Shown: one piece after another, positions 16,959 through 25,206 of the stretch
Position numbering within the stretch: the stretch's first letter is position 1
Layout of the letters: every line of letters starts with the position of its first letter
From: a virus
Lineage: Duplodnaviria > Caudoviricetes
Length of the DNA: 40,874 bases
IMG/VR virus record: IMGVR_UViG_3300028923_000041
Coordinates: 1 to 40,874 of that record
Direction: 5' to 3' (one strand)
Notes under the pieces: generated by a model
The model's input: only the letters and a program-made list of their open reading frames with translations
The model's database searches: none
Told to the model about the DNA's origin: nothing
Program-made: the position numbers and the translations under genes

Positions 16959-18088
16959 TTCAATTCCATATAATACAGGTTGGGCTTTCCATGCTTTGCG
17001 TAATCCCAATCTTCGGGCGCGTACTGATCGTCCCACTTATCTGTCTTTACTACTTTAAATCCGTTTTGCCTATAGAGGAGCACTAAGCGCTCTCCCAAAC
17101 AATCCAACTTCTTAGCTCCATTCGTTACGGCATCCTGCACTACTTGGTTGCCTAAGTGAGCGCCAGGCAGCGAGAAGACCGAAACTAACTCACTTCCTTT
17201 GAGACCATACCCCCCGTTTCCGCTTTCATGCAGCCTGAGTCTCACGCCTGCCGCTTTATATTCGTTCGCGGTATATGGTGTGAGGAAACCCCTCTGATCT
17301 TTGGGCAGCTTATCTCGCTGCTTAATGAACTCTTCTGGAGAAGCGTCTTTGATGCCGGACTTGCTCGTCTTTTTCGCAGTGCTGCCGAACCCATAAGTCA
17401 GGTAGCATCTGCAGTTGGGATCTGAGGGCCACATTAGGCCATTGCTGAAGGGCTCCTCTATTGGCACAGTCTCGTTCCAGACGGCCCGATGTGTGGGCCG
17501 AGGCCATTTGCCTCTGGGGTGACAGTTCCAAGTTTTCTCCGTTGCGCCGGCCTGCTGAGCAAAATTGTAGCCACCGGCTTGACCTTCCGTATGAACTTCC
17601 GTTCTCTTAATGCGCTCAAGCCTTTTTGGGCTGCAAGAATACGATTCAGCGTACTTCTTTGCGAAATCTCGTGGATTGAGGGCAAAGTCATACTGGATCC
17701 GATCCCTCAGCGAGTCCAGGTCTGTCTGGCTCATTTGCTTGACAAGCTTCAGGCCGTGCTCCTGGAAGTGGGCCTGAGCGCCTTCATTCCAGTCGTACTT
17801 CGAGAAGGGTATGCCCAATTGGGCGGCTACTTCTCGCGCCCCAGCCTTGAACTCCCGAAGGCTATATTCATTGAGCACGATTTGGCTGATGTTCTCATTC
17901 TTCTCTAGGGAGGCTTTCAGGATGGCATCATAGGTCTTGCCGCCTGGTTGCAGCCCTATCTTTTTGGCAATCTCCTGGCGCTTGGTCGAGGTCCTGGGCA
18001 GATCCCAATAGCCGGCCTGGTCGAGTAGGCGTGAGACCTCTGGTGCCCAATCCTTCAGCAGGGCGAGGATCTGCTCGTCAGGAGTCAT
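16955..18088 (-). CDS. MuF / SPP1 gp7-like head protein with C-terminal GNAT-like domain
   Basis: RLERIKRTE...KTW...RPTHR...EPFSNGLMWP.DPNCRC is a MuF signature. C-terminal SVFS...LGNQVVQDAVTNGAKKLDC...LYRQNGF matches GNAT motifs A/B. Confidence 0.82.
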   Translation of the reverse strand: MTPDEQILALLKDWAPEVSRLLDQAGYWDLPRTSTKRQEIAKKIGLQPGGKTYDAILKASLEKNENISQIVLNEYSLREFKAGAREVAAQLGIPFSKYDWNEGAQAHFQEHGLKLVKQMSQTDLDSLRDRIQYDFALNPRDFAKKYAESYSCSPKRLERIKRTEVHTEGQAGGYNFAQQAGATEKTWNCHPRGKWPRPTHRAVWNETVPIEEPFSNGLMWPSDPNCRCYLTYGFGSTAKKTSKSGIKDASPEEFIKQRDKLPKDQRGFLTPYTANEYKAAGVRLRLHESGNGGYGLKGSELVSVFSLPGAHLGNQVVQDAVTNGAKKLDCLGERLVLLYRQNGFKVVKTDKWDDQYAPEDWDYAKHGKPNLYYMELK

Positions 18089-18180
18089 GGCATTTGGCCC
18101 GAAGCCAGATTAGGTAGAGCTCCACCATACTTGATAGGATTACAAGAGTGGAGGAAACGAACGCCAATGGCCAAACATAT

Positions 18181-18759
18181 TCACCTAGTAACATAGAGTC
18201 TCCTTAAAAATTCTCTTTCAGATAGTTTGCTGTATGGATTGACTTGCCGCACCACGTAGTCCAGCCCTTCGTATCGCAGAACATCAGTAGCATTGCAGAG
18301 CGTCGAGGTCGTTAGCACTTCGGCGTCTGACGTTTCCCATTCTCCGAGGCTGTTCCTGAAGCTCTTTTGGGTGGGTGTCCATCGGCAGGTGACGGCTGTG
18401 AGCGTCTCCTCATAGTATGGCTGCCCGGACGTGGTGAGCACTTCGACCAGGATATAGCAGTCCAGGCCCGTGGCCACAATAGCAGGCAGCGCGGTCAGAT
18501 AAGTCGTGAATGTGAGCCTCTGTCCTGAGGCGGTGAAGCTCTTGCTTTCGCTGCCCACGGCCACTGAACCTATACAATCTGTATGGCCCGTCTCACTTGT
18601 GATTGTGATGGCCACCCTACCAGTAAACCCTGAAGGCCATTCTCCGGACAGGGCCAGAACGCCAGAGCTCAAGGCATCATAGAGCTTAGCTGCGGATTTG
18701 GAAACCAGATAGCAGGTGTGCTTCAGGCCTGGAACTATAAAAATCACCTTATTAAACAA
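18181..18759 (-). CDS. Head-closure / stopper protein with internal insertion
   Basis: GQPYY...VTCRW...FRNSLGEW.TSDAEV...DVLRYEGLDYVVRQV beta-barrel pattern; follows the adaptor. Confidence 0.65.
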   Translation of the reverse strand: MFNKVIFIVPGLKHTCYLVSKSAAKLYDALSSGVLALSGEWPSGFTGRVAITITSETGHTDCIGSVAVGSESKSFTASGQRLTFTTYLTALPAIVATGLDCYILVEVLTTSGQPYYEETLTAVTCRWTPTQKSFRNSLGEWETSDAEVLTTSTLCNATDVLRYEGLDYVVRQVNPYSKLSEREFLRRLYVTR

Positions 18760-19225
18760 TTGGGAATGAACGGGCTATATGTTTTGCTAGGAGTCTGTAT
18801 GCTTCAGAGGAGAGAAGCCCATAGTGCTTATCGGCATTTGAGATTCCCAGGGCCTCGCTGTACACTCCCCCGAGATTGTAGTTCTGCACTCCGTCCTCTT
18901 TCATGGTCTTCCGATCAGTGCGATCGCTGTCGGCGTAGAATAGGTATAGCGCTAAGGCCTCTTCACAGCAGGCATCAAGCACATTCTGCGGGACTTCAGC
19001 CGCCCCAGTCAGCTCATTTCGATCATAGCCTTCTCGATATTGCCGAGGGAATTGCCTTTCTTGGGCGCCATCTAGCGAATATTTGCGGCCTCTAAGCGGC
19101 AGAGCATCTATTGCAGCGGTGGCTCGCTTCAAGTACCAAGTCAGGTCCTCCGAAAGAAAATCTTCGGCCCTTGGATCACCGTCGAAATACTCCTCTGCTT
19201 CAGTAGCCGTGACGTAGTCGCTCAT
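18752..19225 (-). CDS. Head-tail adaptor (DnaT-like phage family)
   Basis: YVTATEAEEYF...ATAAID...GRK...Q...FPR...VPQNVLDACCEEAL. Confidence 0.82.
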   Translation of the reverse strand: MSDYVTATEAEEYFDGDPRAEDFLSEDLTWYLKRATAAIDALPLRGRKYSLDGAQERQFPRQYREGYDRNELTGAAEVPQNVLDACCEEALALYLFYADSDRTDRKTMKEDGVQNYNLGGVYSEALGISNADKHYGLLSSEAYRLLAKHIARSFPIV

Positions 19226-19524
19226 TCCTCCTCCAGGTGGGCCTTCACTCTGAACTTTACTATCTCACCGTGAAGCTCACTGCTCCCGCCATCCCATTTC
19301 ACATGAGCCTGGATCTTGTATGTCCCCAGCTCATCCAGGTCACTTGCCGCTGTCGTATATGTGATGTCCTGAGTATCGCCCACCTGAGCGGCAGTCCAGG
19401 TCACTACAGTTCCAGACGGCTTTTCTACGATGAACTCTATGAGGGAAGCATTTTCGAGGTCGTCAAAATCTGTGTTGGAGGTGATCTCTACTGAGTCTCC
19501 TTCGAAGAAAGTCTCCATCGTCAT
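19222..19524 (-). CDS. Ig-like (BppU N-terminal-like) adaptor protein
   Basis: 100 aa; KPSGT...W.A...ITYTT..SDLDELGTYKIQAHV. Confidence 0.6.
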   Translation of the reverse strand: MTMETFFEGDSVEITSNTDFDDLENASLIEFIVEKPSGTVVTWTAAQVGDTQDITYTTAASDLDELGTYKIQAHVKWDGGSSELHGEIVKFRVKAHLEEE

Positions 19525-20699
19525 ATCGTCACTGCCTGCTTCATCAACGAGTCGATTCGAGCTGATTTTGTCGTGGTGCTGTCTATCCGGACGGCATAGA
19601 TCACCCGAAGCCTATCCCCATCTGCAACAAGGACCAGGTCGCCAAGGACGACTGTAATGAGTCCGGTGTTTCCGCTCACGCAGTCGGCAGCCAAAGCCAT
19701 TGAGCCGAGCAGGATAATTGCTTCTGCTGCGAGAGAGAGCTTGCCCTCGGAAGAGAGCGATAGGCTGCCGAGTGATTTTCCCAATGCTCCTATGATATCG
19801 AGCTTTCCAGATGAAGAGAGCACCAAAGCATCGAGCAGACACGAGGATTCAGCCTCGATGTCTGTCGCTCCGGCAGAGGATAGCGAGAAACCGATAAGCG
19901 ATTGATCCAGAAATCCTGCTATGAAGAGCTTGCTTGTGCCGCTACTTGTCAGGGCGACAAGCTGAATTGCAGCGTCTGCCTTGATGTCTGCCTTCGCCGT
20001 GGTAGATACAGAAAGGTTTGCCAGGGCTTTTGTCAGCGCGCCGGATAGATCCAGCTCCCCTGAGGAAAGAACGGCCAGCTCATCCAGCGGCAGGGCAGAA
20101 TGTCCCACGAGAGCAAGCTCTCCGGCAGAAGCGATGGAGAGGCCGCCGAGAATTGCGCCAGTGAACCCGGCAGCGGTGAGCGTTCCAACTGCCGAAATTG
20201 ATAGGCCAGATAGCTCTTTCGCTGCTTGCCCCCGAATATAGATATTTCCAGCGGCGTTCAGGGCGAGATACCCCAGAATCTGAGAGACTTGCCCAGTCTT
20301 AGGGGCCTGGCCCGTGGCGCCTACCACAAGGGCTGATAATTGGATTGACGCTGCGATCTGGCCGGAGATATCCAGAGTGCCGGCAGCAGAGAGGCCTAAG
20401 CTCCCCAATATGGGCGAGGCTTGCCCTTTAATATTCAGGTTTCCGGATGCCGAAACAACCAGTACCGCCAGGATCGGAGCGGCCTGCCCATGAACGTCTA
20501 TTTTTCCAGCGGCGGATAGACCAAGCAGTCCTAACGTAGGCGCTGCTTGACCCTTGTGGTCAAGCTTCCCGGATGCAGAGGATGATAGGCTGCCAAGCGT
20601 TATCGTGGCGCTGCCAGAGGTGCTGGCTATTGCGGTGGGTATCCAGCGCCTGCGGACATATACTGCCGTCCAAAAGCGCCGCCGAAAGACGCCTGTCAT
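19521..20699 (-). CDS. Fibre-like protein with ~16 tandem 21-aa repeats
   Basis: Consensus GQAA.xLG.L.LSA.G.L.I. repeated from residue ~29 to ~366. Confidence 0.75.
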   Translation of the reverse strand: MTGVFRRRFWTAVYVRRRWIPTAIASTSGSATITLGSLSSSASGKLDHKGQAAPTLGLLGLSAAGKIDVHGQAAPILAVLVVSASGNLNIKGQASPILGSLGLSAAGTLDISGQIAASIQLSALVVGATGQAPKTGQVSQILGYLALNAAGNIYIRGQAAKELSGLSISAVGTLTAAGFTGAILGGLSIASAGELALVGHSALPLDELAVLSSGELDLSGALTKALANLSVSTTAKADIKADAAIQLVALTSSGTSKLFIAGFLDQSLIGFSLSSAGATDIEAESSCLLDALVLSSSGKLDIIGALGKSLGSLSLSSEGKLSLAAEAIILLGSMALAADCVSGNTGLITVVLGDLVLVADGDRLRVIYAVRIDSTTTKSARIDSLMKQAVTI

Positions 20700-20706
20700 G
20701 CTCTAT

Positions 20707-21114
20707 CTACGCATTGCCATCGGTAAGGGTAAATCCGGTGATGGTGAAGTTCTGGCCCGCGGCGAATATCACATTGTCCACTGTGAGATCTCCACCGCCG
20801 CCCGTTGCTGTCACAGTTCCTTGGAGATGGCAAGTTGAACCGTCGCTGGCGTAAAGCCTGAAATGTGCCGCTGTCCCTGCCCCGTCTGCGGAGCTGTCCT
20901 GCCATGTCCCAGACATGGCCTTGGAGCCGCTCGAAGCGGCTGCCATCCAGTCAGCCGGGAGACTCAGTGTAGCCAGAACGTCTCCAGTATCACTGGCCGC
21001 ACAGTTGGCCGGGGCCGAGCCAGATCGAATTTTCAGAATTGCGCTCGCCCCTATTGCTGTCTCAATTGCATCCAGCCGTGCGTTTCTCACGGCTACTGAA
21101 AGCTGTAATGACAT
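20707..21114 (-). CDS. Conserved phage structural protein (135 aa)
   Basis: VAVRNARLDAIETAIG...GTAAHFRLY...GGGGDLTVDN; a family I recall from bacterial prophages ahead of repeat-fibre genes. Confidence 0.7.
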   Translation of the reverse strand: MSLQLSVAVRNARLDAIETAIGASAILKIRSGSAPANCAASDTGDVLATLSLPADWMAAASSGSKAMSGTWQDSSADGAGTAAHFRLYASDGSTCHLQGTVTATGGGGDLTVDNVIFAAGQNFTITGFTLTDGNA

Positions 21115-21582
21115 CTACATCTCCTCTACATACAATGTTCCTGACATAGTAACGCTATCAGCCGGTGCATCTAGCAGCCTGATCACAATCGTTGTATTGG
21201 CCTGGTTGGCTATTGGTGCACACTCTGGAGTCCACCACAGGCCCATGCCGACTCGTTCATTCAGGCATTCGCTGTGCAATATGGTGGTAGTCCCGGAGCT
21301 GGCTATCGTGGTATTGTTGACCCCGGCAGCGAATCCCGCTGCAGGATCTCCCGGATCAATAGGCACGGGTGTAGCCGATGAACCGCCAGAGCCACCAGAT
21401 GTGTGACCCCTGATGATCTGGAGACGCATCATCTCCTCGGCAGAGTCCCCCACCTCGGATGACTGTGAAAGGAACAGTCCGAGGAGCCTAACGGGATGAT
21501 CATCTGCTGGCTGAATCTCAAACAGGTCTTGGGCAGCAGTTACAGCCACCCCGGAGAAATTCACAGAGTATCTTCTGCCCAT
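21115..21582 (-). CDS. Putative virion beta-sandwich protein (155 aa)
   Basis: Tightly coupled within the structural operon; beta-strand-rich. Confidence 0.65.
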   Translation of the reverse strand: MGRRYSVNFSGVAVTAAQDLFEIQPADDHPVRLLGLFLSQSSEVGDSAEEMMRLQIIRGHTSGGSGGSSATPVPIDPGDPAAGFAAGVNNTTIASSGTTTILHSECLNERVGMGLWWTPECAPIANQANTTIVIRLLDAPADSVTMSGTLYVEEM

Positions 21583-22790
21583 TATCTCACCAAAATTCCC
21601 TGCATTGGCTTGAGAGGATATTTTGCTGCCAAATTCACATATGCATCTCTATAAATATAGTAATCATCTAAATATAAATTCATACCCGAAGACCCCGCGA
21701 TTAGATCCAATTCATAAATCTGGGTATCAATTCCCCACGCATTCCCTCCATTATCTTTTAGGGCGACGGACCCCTTCGAAATCCCATCTACCACCCAGGA
21801 TAACGTGTTGGCCTCGAAATCCAGTATTATAATGAAGTGCATCCATGTAGTAGTTGTAATTGTGACATCGGTTGGTAAATTTTGCAGGCTACCATCGGTC
21901 TGATATTTGAGATGCCCCGATGAAATTGAGAGTGCATTGACTGCCCACCCATCCGAAGCTTCATAGATGCTGCATAAATATTCAGTCCCTATAAGGGAAG
22001 TACAATATAAATAAAAATCAAATGTTAGTTTTTTACTTTTAATATTATCAAACGATTTTATTAAATAGTGAGTACCGCTCGAAGCCGTATGCATTGCGGC
22101 ATATGTTCCATTATGTATTTCTGATCCTTGGACGGACCATTTAGAGCCTACCGTGTCCCAGTTGGATAAGCCACCACTCTCAAAACAATCTATAAAATAA
22201 GCAGACTCTTGTGATACCGTCAGCACGTCAAAGTAAACAGTGGGCGTAGACATACTAGATGCAGCGAACAGAAAATCTCTAAGAGAGTCTGTCGGTAAAA
22301 CCCTATAACTCGATGAGGCCGTGAGAACAACACTGCCTTTAGAGGTGCCGTCTACGGACCAGCTCATAAAACCGGCATCAAAATCTACTATGCACTCCAT
22401 ATGATACCATGTGTCATGAGAATATGTAGCATACTCTACATACGACCCGGTGCCGGTCCTGTATCGCAGCGACGGGGTGCCACCGCTATACGATACAGAC
22501 ATGGGTACAATGTAATTTGTTTTGTCCGTCAAAAATAATGTGAGTAGATCAAATTCATAATTACCAGAAGGTGTAGCTACCCTAAAATAAAAATCAAATT
22601 TTAGTTTATGATTTTTCCCTATTGTTACGGAGTCTATCGTGGGATCGCTCCCTCCACCGCTTAAAATTTTGAGGGCGTAATCCCCGTTGTGGACTACATC
22701 AGATTGCACAGAGCACGCCGCGCCTATGCATTGCCACTTCGAGGACAGTAGTCCGCCCTCGAAATCGTCAGCAAATATATTAATAGTCAT
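21582..22790 (-). CDS. Tandem ConA/lectin-like domain protein (putative adhesin), AT-rich
   Basis: Two homologous halves: FADDFEGG..S.W...HNG.YA...FDFY...W.H...DF.A...SW.VDG.SKGSV.L. Confidence 0.72.
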   Translation of the reverse strand: MTINIFADDFEGGLLSSKWQCIGAACSVQSDVVHNGDYALKILSGGGSDPTIDSVTIGKNHKLKFDFYFRVATPSGNYEFDLLTLFLTDKTNYIVPMSVSYSGGTPSLRYRTGTGSYVEYATYSHDTWYHMECIVDFDAGFMSWSVDGTSKGSVVLTASSSYRVLPTDSLRDFLFAASSMSTPTVYFDVLTVSQESAYFIDCFESGGLSNWDTVGSKWSVQGSEIHNGTYAAMHTASSGTHYLIKSFDNIKSKKLTFDFYLYCTSLIGTEYLCSIYEASDGWAVNALSISSGHLKYQTDGSLQNLPTDVTITTTTWMHFIIILDFEANTLSWVVDGISKGSVALKDNGGNAWGIDTQIYELDLIAGSSGMNLYLDDYYIYRDAYVNLAAKYPLKPMQGILVR

Positions 22791-22848
22791 ATTTGCATTA
22801 TTTCATCCATAATCTTAGAAAAATATTATTCAGCCGGAGAAATCCGGC

Positions 22849-23520
22849 CTATACAATGTAATACACTACAGTCGCGTGCCCGCCTGGTGCCGTATAGGTA
22901 TCGATGGTGTTCAGGCTGAGCACGGTGCTGTTGGTGGTCACTGATCCAGCCGCTGTTTCCCGGACACCATTCACGAACTCAGCCAGGACGGTATTTCTTG
23001 AGAGCTTCGAGTTAAGGCCCAGGAGGTTGCCGGTGCCGAGCTTGAGCGTCTTGGCTGTCTCGCCTGCAGACAGCGTGGCATCTACCCTGGTCACAGTCCG
23101 GAATGCCTTGGTGCTTGCCTTGACGCCGCTAGCAGCCGCCCAGGTGAGATTCTCCGTGATGGTTGCATTGGCGATATCCGCGCCTGTGATCTTCACGCTC
23201 AGGTTGGTGCTCGCGTTCACCGTGCCAATGATATTCCGAGGGACGTCTGGCTGGGCCAGGAAGTATGCTGAATTCGTCCCGGTGCTGTTGATGATTAGAT
23301 TCGTGGTAGTGTTCAACGCCCCGCCTGTAGTGTTGAAGATCTGATCATCATCGGAGCTTTCCGCGGCTGCTATAGTCTGGATAGCCACCCAACCGAGCCT
23401 ATTCGCTGTTCCTGTATCGGATTTCACAGGAGTTATGACATCCTTGTTCATAGGGGCAGAAGCTCCGAAGGCGAGCCCAGATACCAGGAAAAGCGCCAGA
23501 AAAAGAGGTAAGAGTCTCAT
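22849..23520 (-). CDS. Capsid-accessory-type protein with signal peptide and 8 N-glycosylation sequons
   Basis: Directly after the MCP. QPDVPRNI...ITG.D...ITE...KAF.TVT...G.G..LGL motif; N-terminal MRLLPLFLALFLVSGLAFGA. Confidence 0.72.
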   Translation of the reverse strand: MRLLPLFLALFLVSGLAFGASAPMNKDVITPVKSDTGTANRLGWVAIQTIAAAESSDDDQIFNTTGGALNTTTNLIINSTGTNSAYFLAQPDVPRNIIGTVNASTNLSVKITGADIANATITENLTWAAASGVKASTKAFRTVTRVDATLSAGETAKTLKLGTGNLLGLNSKLSRNTVLAEFVNGVRETAAGSVTTNSTVLSLNTIDTYTAPGGHATVVYYIV

Positions 23521-23529
23521 CGTCTCACC

Positions 23530-24510
23530 TCAAGCCGCAGGAACCAGCACAGAGAACGGGTACTGGGTGTCAGCATTCTTCTTGATCCTGTTGATCGGGT
23601 TGGGGATCTGCCAGCCAAGTCTCATGGTGCATCTCAGGGCGACCATGTCCTGCTGGAAGAGACTGTACTGCAGGACCCCGGACGAGTCGAACAGAGCCGC
23701 TTCGGTGGCCACGTCGAAAGTCATATCCTGCCGGATGCAGTAGAGGGCTTTATCCCACGCACCCGCTACCATGAGGGCGGTTGCAGCATTGTCGTCCATG
23801 GTGCCCATCGGGTCAGTGATAAGAGGCCTGCCCTTGAGGCGGTACTGGTTGTCCTCCTGCTTGTAGTTATCGAATATGGGCCTGCCCATTGTGTCCTTGA
23901 TGCCATCCAGCAGGGACTCCATGCCCATACCGGCCAGGAATCCGGACGGGAAGTATCCGCTCTTGCGGACCTTGTCGAGCAGTCCGTTGGTCTCATAGAT
24001 GTCCTTGTAAAGGTCATCGGTCGCAGTGACTGCCATGCTCTTGGCAATAGCATCGGTGACAATTGCAGTCGGCCAGGTGCTGGGCTTGTCAGTTCCAAAG
24101 ACGACAGCAGCATCGATGGCGGCAGAAATGGCCTCTACTATGGACGGCTTGACCTCTGCCCAGATGTCATAGTCGCTGTCATCCAGTACTTGCTGAGCGA
24201 CAGGTACGATGCAGGCCACTTCCTCGATGTAGATGTACTTGTTCGCCCACTCGATCTTGGTGGTCTTCTTCTGGCCGGTGATGCTGCCAGGAGTGTCTCC
24301 GCCCTCGCCAGCAACGAAGTAAGCGGTTGCCAGGGCGTTGAGCACGGGGATCCTGACCTGCTTCTTGCTGGCGTTGGGCAGCTTCTTCATGAGCTGCAGG
24401 ACCGTGCTCTTTAGCGGTACTTCCTTGATGATCTCAGCCACAACTTCCTCATTTATCAGAGGAGTTGCATCAGTGCGATCTATCGCATGATTGTAATCAG
24501 TCTCTACCAT
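23530..24510 (-). CDS. Major capsid protein (HK97 fold)
   Basis: 326 aa; AYFVAGEG...EEVACIVPV...DAAVVFGT...KDTMGRPIF...LFQQDMVALR. Confidence 0.95.
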   Translation of the reverse strand: MVETDYNHAIDRTDATPLINEEVVAEIIKEVPLKSTVLQLMKKLPNASKKQVRIPVLNALATAYFVAGEGGDTPGSITGQKKTTKIEWANKYIYIEEVACIVPVAQQVLDDSDYDIWAEVKPSIVEAISAAIDAAVVFGTDKPSTWPTAIVTDAIAKSMAVTATDDLYKDIYETNGLLDKVRKSGYFPSGFLAGMGMESLLDGIKDTMGRPIFDNYKQEDNQYRLKGRPLITDPMGTMDDNAATALMVAGAWDKALYCIRQDMTFDVATEAALFDSSGVLQYSLFQQDMVALRCTMRLGWQIPNPINRIKKNADTQYPFSVLVPAA

Positions 24511-24519
24511 ATGATACCT

Positions 24520-25074
24520 CTAAAATACCTTCGATCTGCCCTTGCTTCGAATGTAGGCGTTAATGCTGTCATTCTTGCCAGGTTTCCCGGTCTTCGGGGG
24601 GTTAGTGCCGGTGCCGGTCTTCTTTGGCGCAAAATCTTGTTTCAGGGCCCGGAGCTGCTCTTTGATTCCATCTTCGTCCGTGGCGGTTACGTGCCGAATA
24701 TACTTCTCCCGCTCTTCTTTTGGAATCTTGAGGTCCGCGCAAATCTTATCAGCGAGCTTATCAGCCTCATACTTGGCCAGGCGGCCTTCGAGATCCGCAA
24801 TTCGTGGATCATCTTTGGCGGTCTTGTCGTCGCCTTCGGTCTTTTTCGCCTTCAGGCCTTCCAGCTCCTTCTTGAGCTTCTCGGCTTTCTTGGCCTCTTT
24901 GCGACGCTCTTCAGCCAGCAGAGAGTTGATATGCTCTTGCTGCTTCTGAGTGAATTTTACCTCGCCCTGATCATCGTCCTGATCGCCTTCGCCTTTCTGC
25001 CCGGCCTTGTCGCCGGTATCGCCCTGGCCTTCTTTATCGCCAAGTTTGTTTTTACTATCGTCTTCGTCTGCCAT
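24520..25074 (-). CDS. Capsid scaffolding protein
   Basis: 184 aa, charged coiled coil; KFTQ motif; C-terminal GTGTNP...INAYIR; lies between portal and MCP. Confidence 0.85.
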   Translation of the reverse strand: MADEDDSKNKLGDKEGQGDTGDKAGQKGEGDQDDDQGEVKFTQKQQEHINSLLAEERRKEAKKAEKLKKELEGLKAKKTEGDDKTAKDDPRIADLEGRLAKYEADKLADKICADLKIPKEEREKYIRHVTATDEDGIKEQLRALKQDFAPKKTGTGTNPPKTGKPGKNDSINAYIRSKGRSKVF

Positions 25075-25206
25075 GGAATCCTCCCAGGACTAAGCGCCTG
25101 GTAGCTGTTATTAAAATAGTTGATTATAATAATGAATCAAAATATGATAATCGATTTAACTTTTAGGCCTGGGCTTTCTGCCCCGACTTTTAGGTTTGCA
25201 GCCCAA

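Noticed and set aside
25075-25206. ncRNA between portal and scaffold
   Set aside because: Only a short CCAGG/CCTGG stem by the RBS and two ACTTTTAGG copies in an AT-rich gap; consistent with an ordinary promoter or leader.
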